A stretch of DNA of 64,000 bases, taken from Heteronotia binoei. Lineage: Eukaryota. Numbering within the stretch: position 1 is the stretch's first letter; every line of letters starts with the position of its first letter. The stretch spans positions 18,972,001 to 19,036,000 of the forward strand of contig NC_083227.1 in the NCBI RefSeq assembly GCF_032191835.1, read 5' to 3'. The notes under the pieces were generated by a model. That model saw only the letters and a list, made by a program, of their open reading frames with translations. It was not told the origin of the DNA and did no database searches. Of the stretch, positions 36,501 to 49,097 are shown piece after piece. Position numbers and translations under genes: made by a program.

Positions 36501-38848
36501 AATGTGCTTAGGCTTGCACAGGTACAGTGGCTCTCAGGTATGTTTTGTGCTAGAGTCAACTCAAGAGAGCTCCAGCCACACAAGGAAAGTGTAAGTGTGG
36601 GGCTGAAGGGTCTGTGATATTAATATACAGTTTGTATTGCTAGAATTATTGCCATTTGCAGCAACTGAAATCTAAACATAGCACCTTACCGTTCTAAAGG
36701 GAGCATCTTACATTACACCTTACCAGTTCTAAAGGGAGTCTGGGATCTTAGGGTACCTGTTTTCAACTAAGCAGATGGTTACTCATTGTTCTGAATAAAA
36801 CTAAGTTGGTCTTAAAGGTGCAACTTGACTCCTATTTTGTTCTATCAGTAGAATAAGTTTAAAGTAAGACATTTTCTGTACATGAATTGGTGTTTTGGAT
36901 TTTACATTTGGACTGACATGGATGTAAACAACTTCTCTGTACCAGCCACATTTCTTTATGCTGCTACAGGACAGCAAATGCCTCTGTGACAAGCAATTTC
37001 TTTGTAGTATGTTTTTTTTTCCTCCTGGAAATTTTCCTGTTTCTCTCAACTCCTTTACTTTTTCATCAATGTGTGGCTGAATTGCCCTTGTAAACAAGGA
37101 AATTTCCCCTCTCTGGCCACACTGGAGACTTTAGACCAGTTGTAGGTAGACAGTAGCATCTATAACTGAATTTCATTTCCTGTGTCAATGAGGCGAGCAC
37201 ACCCTCTCTGAGGAGGCTCTTGGTGGAAATGTACTGTTGCCATTCCCCTGGCAATTTCATTCTTTATGAGTTTGACTTGGACAAAAATGAAATACTTCAA
37301 GCATGGAAACAGGAAGAATCCACAACCCTTCTGAATGTGTGGCTGCCATATTCCAACAGGCCTCCATGAATCCATGAAAGATTTAAAACTAGCTTAGGAA
37401 AGATGGCCATTGACTGCATACAAGAATGGGGATCTGCTTGAAGTAAAAATCAGTGTAGGGTTGCCAGGTCCAACTCAAGAAATATCTGGGAACTTTGGGT
37501 GTAGAGCCAGGAGCAAAGCTGTGACAAGCATGAATGAACTCCAAAGGGAGTTCTGGCCATCACATTTAAAGGGACCGTACACCTTTTAAATGCCTTCTCT
37601 CCATTGGAAATAATGAAGGATAGGGGCACCTTCATTTGGGGCTTATAGACTTGGACCCCCTGGTCCAATCTCTTTTAAACTTAGAGGGTGTTTTGAGGAG
37701 AGGCACCGTTTAAAGGGATCATGGAAATAATGGAGGATGGGGACACCTTCTTTTGGGGTTCCAGTCTTTTTGAAACTTGGGAGGTTTTTCTGAAGAAAGG
37801 AACCAGATGCTATGTTGAAAATTTAGTGCCTCTACCTCAAAAAACAGCCCCCCAGAAACTCCTGGATCAGTTCTCCATTATATCCTATGGGGGCCAGTCT
37901 CCATAGGGCATAATAAAATGCCCAGCAGACGTTCAGTCCCCATAGAAGCAAATGCCTCTGTGACAGCCAATTTCTTTGTAGTATGTTTTTTTCCCCTCCT
38001 GGAAATTTTCCTGTTTCTCTCAACTCCTTTACTTTTTTATCAATGTGTGGCTGAATTGCCCTGTAACCAAGGAAATTTCCCCCCCTCTGGCCACACTGGA
38101 GATTTGCTTCTTTCTGCATCACAGCTTGCTTTGCCAGGTTTGCTCAGTTGCATGGGTGCTACAGAGCAAAGCCTCTATTTTCTCCATTGGCTGACCAGCA
38201 CATGAAGCAACATAAGTACAAAAGCTTGCACAGCCCAGCCATTTCATGTTTCCCCCTGGGTCTTAAGCTTGAAGCATTGACCATGAGATTTCTGTAATGA
38301 GTGTCACTAAATCAAAAGTAGGTTTGCAACTTACAAACACAGACACCTGAACAACACCTGGACAGCATACTCAAGATTGCTACAGCACAGACATTGTCTC
38401 CAGATTTTGATGCAATAATTCAGAGCAAGAAGTGTCAGTTATCAGAAACTAAATAAAATATCGCAAGAGTGCTAATCTTTTAAGCATATTTTATTTTAAG
38501 TTTTTAAAAAACCTTTGTGTTTGTGTCCTTTATAGATTTTATATCTTTGCTACCTGGCATTAGATTTTATGACACACATGACCCGGCCAGGTTACATGTC
38601 AGATCTGCCCCTCATAACAAATGAGTTTGACCCCCCTGCCATAGGGTTTTCAAGGCAAGAGACATTCAGAGGTGGTTTGCCATTGCCTGCTTCCATGTCA
38701 CATCCCTGGTATTCTTAGGAGGTCTCCCATCTAAATAATAGCCGGAGCCAACACTTTTTGGCCTTTGACATCTGATGAGAGAGGGCTTCCCTAGACTATC
38801 CAGGTCAGAGCTTTAATTCTGAGTGGTGGTGTTGATTTTGTCTTTCAG

Positions 38849-38975
38849 ATGCCTGTGAATTTTAAGGAAACTGCTGTATATTTTGGGGAACAGCAAGGGA
38901 CTTTGCTGGAACAAGGTCAAAGGGTTCTGCAGAAGAGCACTATGCAGGAAAAAGATGGAGAAGTAGCCTTTTTAG
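38849..38975 (+). CDS. Gene C divergent KRAB-A exon (127 nt)
   Basis: tttgtctttcag|ATG CCT GTG AAT TTT...TTA G|gtaaga; MPVNFKETAVYFGEQQGTLLEQGQRVLQKSTMQEKDGEVAFL(G). It may be preceded by an unseen phase-0 exon. Confidence 0.8.
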
Positions 38976-40238
38976 GTAAGAATCTTTTAGCCCCTGGAAG
39001 GCTTGGATAGAGGTGTGATTTGCCCTGAAGGGGAAAAAAAATCATGTCCCTTTAATAGAGCCTTATCAGGATACTTTTATCAGGTGATGTTTATAAGCAT
39101 CATGACCATGAGAAGCTTCAGCCACCCTTTCCTTACATGTTTAGTCTCTGTCAAAAGGGTTCACAAGGGTTCCCCCCTCCATTATGCGTATATAATTTTA
39201 TTAAGCACAGCTTGCATTATACAGGCTTAAATTCAGGTGTATTAAATTCTTCACACATGAACACACTATGCTTGAACACACTATACTCATGAGGGAATGA
39301 AAATTATTTTAGTGCCTCCAAAACAAATACAGAGATTTGGCATGCGAGCAGCCTGAGACAATCGCATGATTGGACAACTCTGTCACTTGCAAGCCAGTGA
39401 TTTGAAATGTACCTCAGGAATCTGCCAGTTGGAGAGCAGCCAACCCACATCATCATTCACAACAAAATTGCTCACAGAGAAAGAGTTACCAAGAGAGTGT
39501 TGATCAACTTTGCAGTATCCAAAAAGAGATATGACAGTTTGACTGATAGAATACAGAGCCCCAGAGACGTGTGACATGGCTGTTATTATCTATCATTGAT
39601 CATATTTGTATCCCACCCCTAACTCTTCATTCAGGGACTTAGAGCAGCAGTTACAGATTTATCCTGTTCTTTTGACTAGAAATGTAATACTTGGAGATTA
39701 GTCTGATCCTTAAGGCTTAAAATCTTCTGTCATATCCTTGTCGTTTGCTGTTGGAAGTGTTTGTGGATAGTTTCAAGGTGGATAAGAAATCTGAGATGAA
39801 CAGGGAGTAGTGAACATCTGCTCCCTGTTCATCTCAGATTACTTATTTACTCTGAAACGATCCGCAAACATTCCCAATAGCAAATGACAAGAATATGACA
39901 GAAGATTTTAAGTGGAAGCCTTCAGGATCAGACTAATCAGCCCATCTACTCCAGTGTCCTGTTTCTTACAATGGCCAAGTTTGTCAGCCTCTAGAAGGCC
40001 TACAAAGCTGAAAGTTCCAGTGACATTCAGAGGCATGGAGGTTCTGTTTGGCTATTGTTGGATTTATCATTAATGAATTTGCCTCCTTTCATAGACATCT
40101 AAGCCTGTAACCATCATTATGTCCCATTTTATAGGTTAATGATGCATTCTCTGTCTTTATTAATAATTAAATTAAATTATTATAATAATAATTAAAAATA
40201 AGGGGGAGAAAAAATCAATTATTTGTTTCTCCTAATAG

Positions 40239-42244
40239 GCAATGGACTGGCGAGTGAAAATAAAGAGGATCATCAGGTACAAAGAACTGAGGAAGAAGAA
40301 CAGATGTTGTCGAGAAGAGGTGAGATGTCGATTTCTCACTGTCATGACGCAGGAGAGATGGCTGTGAATCGTCACAGACCAGAGAGGCATCTGGGAAACC
40401 CCCTAGCAAAGAAAATGGACACCACCATTCCTTGTGCTGAGGCGTTGCAGGATCTTAGCAAAGGCACAATCCACAAGCGAACCCGCAAATCTCAGAGTCC
40501 AAGGACGTGCAATGAGTGTGGGAAAACTTTTGCCCAGGCTTCGAATTTTTTGGCACACAAAAGAATCCATACAGGTGAGAAGCCATATAAATGTTCACAC
40601 TGTGGGAAAAGCTTCACAGAAAGGTCCAACCGTAACAGGCATCAGAGAACCCATTCAGGAGAAAAACCATATCAGTGTGTGGACTGTGGGAAAAGCTTCA
40701 GCTTTTGGTCAGACCTCATTAGGCATGGGATTACCCATACAGGAGAGAGACCGTACAAATGTTCAGACTGTGGGAAAAGCTTCAGCCATGCCTCTACTCT
40801 TATTAGGCATGAGAATATCCATACAGGAGAGAAACCGTATTCCTGTACGGACTGTGGAAAAAGCTTCACCCAGAGTTCCTCCCTTTTAGCGCACAAAAGG
40901 TTGCACACAGGAGAGACGCCGTTCATATGCCCCGTGTGTGGAGAGACCTTCAACTGGAAATCACACCTGGTGACGCATAAGAGAATCCATTCAGGGGAGA
41001 GACCATATAAATGCGCCAAGTGTGGGAAATGTTTCATTGAAAAGTCCAAGCTGAATAGACATCAGAGGACCCATACAGAGAAAGAACTTTACGAATGCTC
41101 GGAATGTGGGCGAGTCTTTAGCATTAGATCCAACCTCATTCGGCATGAAATAGCCCACAGGGGAGAGAAATCGTACATGTGTTTAAGCTGTGGGAAACGC
41201 TTCAATCAGTCCTCCAAGCTGATGAGGCATGAAAGGATTCACACTGGAGAAAAACCCTATTCCTGCACGGATTGTGGAAAGAGCTTCAGCCAGACCTCCG
41301 AACTGCTTAGGCACGAGAGAATCCACACTGGAGAAAAACCGTATAAATGCACCATTTGTGGGAAGAATTTCAATCGGAGATCCCACCTTAATACACATAA
41401 AGCAACCCATATTGGAGGCCAGCCATGCAAATGGGCAGACGGTGCAGCACTCTATCATTCTGGTTCACTCCATATTACTGGGATGAATACTCCGCAGCAG
41501 GTTTCTACAAGGGACCAGCCTCATAAATGCTTGGCAAATGAAGAACGGTACAATCCTGGCTCACTTCTTGTTGCTGGCCTGAATCTGAACAGGCAGACAC
41601 ACACAGGCGGACAGTTGTACAAATGCCCGAACAACGAAACAAGCTACAGCCATTGTTCCTTCCTTGTTGCGAGTGTGACTCCACAAGAGAGGATCCTTAC
41701 AAAAGACTCGCCATATAAATTCTCAGGCCAGGAAACAAACTGCAGACACAGCAGCCCTTTGTTTATGGCCCATGTGGACACTCAAGAAGACTTGCTTGCG
41801 AGACGTCGGCCATATAAATGTCTCAGCGGTGGCCGAAGCGAAGATGACCCCTCCCTCATTATAACAGATGTGAGCACTCACCAAGAAGAAAAAGTGTTTA
41901 AATGCTCCGAGTGTGAAAAGACCTTCTGTTGGAGATCTCACTTCATTCGCCACAAGAGAATCCACACAGGTGAAAAACCGTATCGTTGTGTGGACTGTGG
42001 GAAAAGCTTCAACCGGAGTTCACACCTCGTTCGACATGGAAGGACTCATGAGGGGCTGAGACGGTACATTCAGGCTGAGGAAGAAACCTCAGCTGAAGAT
42101 CGACTTCTTTTTAACACAAATGAATCTGGACAGGAGGTTGATCATACAGACACACGGCCTGAAGGAGGAGTGTCTGTTGTGACTCACACCATGTTACACA
42201 CCAGAGAATTTGTAAAGGAGACAAATCTTGCAGATGTTCAGTGA
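40239..42244 (+). CDS. Gene C last exon: 11 fingers, five decayed repeats, 2 fingers, acidic tail
   Basis: Acceptor tttgtttctcctaatag|GC (phase 1); uninterrupted ORF to stop 42242-42244. Confidence 0.95.
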
Positions 42245-45200
42245 GACTGCACGTAAGATTAAACATAAAATAATCTTTTCTAGAAGAGGAAGCCAGTAGC
42301 AAGAGTGCCAGTTAGACATCCATTCTCTGAAGAGACTCCAAGCAAAGATGCTACAGGTCTCATTCACACACATAAACACACACAAAGAGAGCAGATTAAA
42401 TGGTATAATTGTTCCTGTAGTGCTGGCTATCACATGGCTGAATGCTTGTGTACATGTATCTTTTTACGAGAGGAAAGCACAAGGAGGGCAGGAGTTCCGC
42501 AGTGGCACGCGGACTGCAGAAAACGGGGGGCGTGCAGGTTAAGAAGATCAGTTCTGTGAGCAGAGTTTTCATTTGCAGTTTGGATCTAACCCATTAAGCA
42601 GGGATTTTTTTTGCAGGAACGCAGTTCCAGCTGGCTCGGTGTCAGGGGTGTGTGGCCTAATATGCAAATTAGGTTTTTTGAAGAAAAAGCCCTGTGAGAA
42701 ACAATGGTGATGTAAGGGGGGGTGGCCTAATAAGCAAATGAATTCCTCCTGGGCTTTTTCTACAAAAAAGAAAAAGCCCTGCCATTAAATATACAACTTC
42801 CCTGCACATAGAAACTTTTGTCCCTGATTTTATCTGTGTGTGGATAGAGGGAATTTTCTTTTACATGGGTAAGCATGCAGCCATGCTGTTTCTCACCCAC
42901 TTTCGGCAATGGTACAATCTGGAAACTGTTTTAACTCTTTGTGTACTGTTTGGATTATTCTTAGGCTTCTTATTCATGCTCAAACTGAGTAAGGTGTTTC
43001 AGTTAAAATTTAGGTCTCACAAAAAAAACCCCTTCATGCTAGAAATGCATCACCGGATCAGCTGTCCCTTTAGGCTGTGGGGAAGCTTCATTCCAAAATC
43101 AAGTCTTATTAGCCACAAGAGGACTCATAACACCAAGTCCTGTATTTGGAAAAAATCAGGTCATCAGTGCTTCATGGGTGGGAGAGAAAATCCAGAGGTG
43201 CTTTGCTTGAAGAAAAGCTTTTCTCAATGTCAAAACATTGCTGTCTTCCAGAAAGAATCCTGCTACTGAAATCTTAAAATGTTCCCAGTGAAGACAGTGG
43301 CTAAACACTTAAAAGCTGCATTAAGTATGTCGAAACTCTTGGATTTCAGTGTTCTTGTATACACTTAGAAGCCAGTGCAGAGTAAGAGGCAATTAAATGC
43401 ATGGACTAATCCATGTATGTTAAAAAATGCAGGTTCCACCTCCTTGCAGTTTTTTCCATTGTCCAGTCGTTCTTACATAGAGATTTTTTCCCTCCCACAT
43501 AGAAGACGACGACTGCAGATTTATACCCCACCTTTCTCTCTGAATCAGACTCAGAGCAGCTTACAATCTCCTATGTCTTCTCCCCCCACAACAGACACCC
43601 TGTGAGGTGGGTGGGGCTGAGAGGGCTCTCACAGCAGCTGCCCTTTCATGGACATCTCCCGCAAGAGCTATGGCTGACCCAAGGCCATTCCAGCAGGGGC
43701 AAGAGGAGGAGTGGGGAATCAAACCTGGTTCTCCCAGATAAGAGTCTGCACACTTAACCACTACACCAAACTGGCTCTATAGGTAATGCCTTCTTATCTT
43801 GATGTGGCTGGGGCCAGGCTAGCCGAATCTCATTAAGAAGAACAAGAAGATGATGATGATATTGGATTTATATCCTGCCCTCCACTCCGAAGCGTCTCAG
43901 AGTGGCTCACAATCTCCTTTACCTTCCTCCCCCACAACAGACACCCTGTGAGGTGGGTGGGGCTGGAGAGGGCTCTCATAGCAGCTGCCCTTTCAAGGAC
44001 AACCTCTGCCAGAACTATGGCTGACCCAAGGCCATGCTAGCAGGTGCAAGTGGAGGAGTGGCTCTCCAGTTTGGATCTCAGATCTAAGCAGAGTCAGTTC
44101 TGGCTAGTACTTGAATGGGAGAGCACCCAGGAAGTCCAGGGTTGCTACAGCAGTGATAGGCAATAGCAAACACCTTTGAAGTCTCTTGCCTTGAAACCCC
44201 TCCAGGGAATCCATAAGTCAGCTGCACCTCAGTGGCACTTTGCACCACCGATGCTAGCTTTTTTCTGGCAGTTTTAAGTCTTTCAGCTTCATCTGCATGT
44301 TGAGGATGTGAGTCGTTCTGGGCTTCACAGATCATAATCCAACCCATGTTTATTTGGGGGTGAAATATCAGTGGAGAAGAGTTCTAATTCTTGCAAACAG
44401 CAAAAGAAGTGGTAAACCTGTAGCATTTGAAATAATCAGTAGTGTGTGAGTGTGTGTGTATGTATGTATATGCCAAGCCACACTGTTTCACCATGTGATC
44501 ACAGCCAGTTTGCCCTTAAGTGTTTAGCCACCATCTTCACTGGGAACATTTTAAGATTTCAACAAACTGCATGTATTTCAGCCCACTATACCTGATCCCC
44601 TCATCTGAAGAAGTGTGTTTGTAGCACACGAAAGCTTACGTTCTGAATAAAACTTGGTTGGTCTTAAAGGTGCAACTTGACTCCTGCTTTGTTCAGCTGC
44701 TTCAGACCATCAAGGCTGCCCACTTGGATCAATCAGTAGTAGAATTCTCCTTATCTTAAAAAAAAAGCACATGGAGGTTCCCTTTGTCACCATGGTAGAC
44801 CTTTTCTCCATGAATCTGTCTAACCCCTAATTGCTAGTGGCAGGCACTTGGTAGGAGACTGGGGAGTGGGGTGCAAGAATATGGGGAGTACCTGTTGCAT
44901 CAACAGTATGACATTCTTTTCTCCATTTATGTAATTTAAGAATATGACATTTCCAGGTCAAACGCCAAAGTGACGTGTTGTCACTGTGGTGGTCTCATAT
45001 TCAACTGGAAACTATGGTTTTTCTTTGGAGTTTCTGGTGAATGCTAGAGTGTCATCACATTCATCAAAGTTTTGGCTCATTTCCCCCTGCCACCCTATCA
45101 AGCAACAATGTAGGTGATGGCTCTAATAAAAACTCAGGGGATGTGCTGAGATATGCACGTCTCCTTATTCAGATCTCTGTATTCAAAAGCATGCTTGGCA

Positions 45201-46188
45201 AAAAAAATCTCTTACTTGATGACCACAAACTTTCTTTTTGTAATATAGCCTTTAAAAATATGTATACATTCCTGTATCACCTTGTCTAGAACGGTATTTA
45301 AAAAGCATCTGTCTTCCAGATATACCGAGAGCAGTTGTTGTGGCACACACAATAAATTTGTTCCTCGTTCAGATGCCATTTTATTATGGCTGCTACAGAC
45401 TTAAGACAACCACTCTCTGAAGTCTGAATATTTTGGCTGATCTGTAATGCCAGTCATTAAGAACTTTTTGAGGATTTTCTTCTTATTGTTTCTTTTTTAT
45501 TAAACTTGTTTTAGATCAGTACTGCTAACGATTTGGCCTGTGTATTTTGATATTATTAATAATCCATGCACTTCAATAGCCCTTGTGTTCACAGCCAGTC
45601 ACATTCTCAAAAACGCTACAGCCACATTGTAAGGTAGACCTATATTGTTGCACCCACATTACAGAGGCTGAAGAAAATAGCAATTTGCCTAAGACTACAA
45701 AGCAAGTTTTAATTGTGCCCCACTTGATTGATTTGATTTATTCAATTCCTGTCCTCCCAAGGCTCCTTCTTCAAATCTCCAGGAGTTTCCTAACCTGGAT
45801 ATGGCAACCTTACCCCACCCCCCATCCTTTGCCAGTGGCTAGTAGGACCTGGTAACTAGACAGAAATGATGCTTGAACTGGAGACTTGCCTATAAAATGA
45901 ACAGAGCTCTTTCTATTTTGTTTTGTTGCTGCTGCTGCTTTTAAAAGTGAAAATAGAAGTTGCTGGGAGGTCCCAATTTGACATTTACCTCAATAATTTT
46001 CATTATTCATGTATTTATACCCAGCTTGCTGAGGGGAAAGTGTAAAAGACTGGGGAAGCCAATGGCAAACCACCCCGTAAAAAGTCTGCTGTGAAAACGT
46101 TGTGAAAGCAACGTCACCCCAAAGTCGGAAACGACTTGTGCTTGCACAGGGGACCTTTCCTTTCCCCTTAATGGGAACACAAAGCATA

Positions 46189-46449
46189 TGTGGGAAGTTA
46201 TGTGTAAGGTTTGGCAGTTGGTATAATTGGATACTATATAACTAGAAGTACAGAATGCATGTGCTCCTTGTTGTTGAGCAGATTGTACTCGACGCCTTAT
46301 TGGTTAAGGGGTATGACGTGTATGAAGAAATAAAAGGAGGTGCTGGAGAAGCTGAGGGATCAGTCCCTGTGCAGCTGTACTGGAGCGTGCTTTGCAATCT
46401 TTAAATCTTCTTTTTCACACCATTATATTGTCGGGACTGGACTGCGACA
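46189..46449 (+). mobile_element. Short solo LTR candidate (261 bp)
   Basis: TG...CA termini (tgtggga...tgcgaca); 5-bp flanks gcata/gtata; internal attgg, tgacgt and aaataaaagg motifs. Confidence 0.4.
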
Positions 46450-47279
46450 GTATAGATAGGTGAGGTAGGTGACTGGCTGAGGTAGGTGAGGCGGAGAGTG
46501 CATGGCTGGCCCAAGATCATCCAGTGAGCTTCCATGGAAGAATGGGGGTTTGCACCTGGTTCCTTCAAATCCTAATCCAATGCTTTAACCCAGGGGTCTC
46601 TTAATATTTTCAAGCCTGTAGGCACCTTTGGAACTCTGACACAGCAATACAGCCACAAAATGGCCACCATAGTGTTGGAGCCACCCATAAAATGGCTGCC
46701 ACTTCTTTCAGTCATAGAAGAAGACTGCAGATTTAGACCCCGCCCTTCTCTCCGAATCAGAGACTCAGAGGGGCTCACAATTTCCTTTATCTTCTTCTCC
46801 CCCCACAACAGACCCCCTGTGAAGTGGGTGAGGCTGAGAGGACTCTCCCAGCAGCTGCCCTTTCAAGGACAACTCCTGCGATAGCTATGGCTAACCTAAG
46901 GCCATTCCAGCAGGTGCAAGTGGAGGAGTGGGGAATCAAACCCGGCTCTCCCAGATAAGAGGCTGCACACTTAACCACTACACTAAACTGGTGTAGATTC
47001 TTGTGTTGCGTGGGCAGCTGCTGCCAAAGCCAACATTTTAAAAAATGTGCATTGTCAAACAGAAGTAGGGTTGCCAGGGCCCCTCTGGCTACTGGCAGGA
47101 GATGGGGAGGTATAGTTGCCAGATCCAAGTTGGGAAACCCCTTTGCTGGTTGTTTGCAATACGCAACTGTGCCTTACTTATAAAAATAATTCTGCCCACC
47201 TTCTCCTTATATATATATTCTATTTCGTGAAGGAAGACTGCATTTGTACTGTTGGTTGTACTTGTAGTTTGGAATGACT

Positions 47280-47760
47280 GCAGAACGGTCTTTTAAAAAA
47301 ACAATGCATTAATAGAAACGCGCCCCCCCCCTCATCTCTTCCCCAACCCTACAACGCGCTGTTCTAGCCAAAACCGCCACCTGAGGGCAAAGAGAGAGGG
47401 CGGGCAAGGAGGATGAGCTTCGTTTGCTGCTGGTGAGCATGCCCGAGAGGACCTGAGCATGCTCGGTTGCATTTGGCGGGCGGGGGGATCACTTGCCGAG
47501 TTTCTTGGAGGCTTGGTTGGCAGCTGGAATGGCATCCCCCCGACCGGTTTGATCTTCCGTCCTTATTGTTTTGCGGGGAGGGGGGCTGGATGGGACAGCG
47601 GGGCGGCTGCTGGCGTCGGGAGAGGCGGAGGCTGGGAGCGGCTCTCTTTTGCAGACGAGCCCGCTGCACGCCCGGCTGCACGCTTTGATGGGGCCTGAAG
47701 CACATTCCTGTGTGTTGTCTGCTGCCCTTTTTCTCCCTTTCATGGGGGCGGGGATTATTG
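47280..47760 (+). promoter_or_regulatory. CpG island promoter and non-coding first exon of gene D
   Basis: Dense CpG, GC boxes (gggcggg), donor ctg|gtgagc after 47432. Confidence 0.65.
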
Positions 47761-48467
47761 TCCTCCTTTGGCTTCCTTCTGGCTTCTTTCCTTTTTTAAA
47801 AAGGCTGCATTTCCCCGGGTTTTGTTGTGCTCCCAGTGTTACTGAGTTGATCTGGAGTTAAGGCTGAACGTTGAGTTAGTCAAAGAAACTCCCCACCCCG
47901 AAATGAAATGAATGAAGATAAGATCAAGGTTTTATCTCTGTTCAGTGCCAGGGTGTTAAATCTTCTGCCCTTCAGCCATTGAATTGTAAATGGTTTTATA
48001 TCTGCTCGTGTTGCCCCCACTTTTAAATGTTTAGGTTTCAACTGGTGTTTTAATTGGTGGTTTTATTGGTATGACTGAGTTTGTATGCCGTGTCCAAGAG
48101 TCCCTGTGCTGGCTGGGTTTAGCAGAGTCAAAATTAGCCTTTTATGTTGGGGAGTGGGGCGTGGCTCAACCCCCAGCATCTCCAGTTAAAAGGACCGCAT
48201 AAAACAAAATTGAAATTATCGTATGGCATTGCATGTAGAATAGCCAGGAGATCCCAGAGTACCTGGCTGCTGAAGCTGTAGCTCTTTTTTGTCACTATCA
48301 TTGGCGAGCCTGCTTTTTTTTTAGGCTTGGAGTGCTGTGACTTGCCTAAGGACACCCAGCTAGCTTCAAGTAGGGGAAGTGTGGCATCAAACCCTGTTCT
48401 CCAGATTAGAGTCTGTTGCTCTTTACCACTACACCAAATTGACTTCCAAAGGACCAGGTGGAACATA

Positions 48468-49095
48468 AGAACATAAGAAGAAGAGCCCTGCTGGTTCAGA
48501 CTAATAGGCCATCTAGTCCAGCAACCTGTCTCACACAGTGGTCAACCAGGTCCTCTGGAGGGTTGACAACAGGACATAAAGACTGAGGCCTTCCCCTGAT
48601 GTTGCCTCCTGGCTTTGGGATTCAGAGGTTTAGTACCATTTAATGTGGAGGTTCCCCTCAGTCATCATGGACTTATCCTCTATGAACCTATTCTACTTTA
48701 AAAAGATAATAAGAACATAAGAATAGCCAATAGGCCATCTAGTCCAGCATCCTGTCACAGCACAGTGGCCAATTAGGCCCTCAGGGCATAAAGGCTGAGG
48801 CCTTCCCCTGTTGTTGCCTCCTGACTGGGATTCAGAGGTTTTATGCCGCTGAATGTGGAAGTTCCCCTCAGTTGTCATGGCTGGTAGCTGCTGGCACACT
48901 TAACATAAGAAGAGCACTGCTGGATCAGACCAGTGGTTCCTCTAAGACCAGCATCCTGAGTTCCTCTATAGGGCCAACAAAACAGCATAGAGGCTAATGC
49001 CTTCTTCTGATGTTGCTTCCTGGCTTTGGAATTCAGAGGTTTCATGCCTCTAAATGTGGTTTCCTTCAATCACCAAGCAAGTAGCCAGCGATAGG
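48468..49095 (-). mobile_element. Stack of three short CR1 3'-end fragments
   Basis: Three successive aacataagaa(gag)... CR1 tail starts at ~48468, ~48712 and ~48902, all in the same orientation. Confidence 0.6.
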
Positions 49096-49097
49096 GT

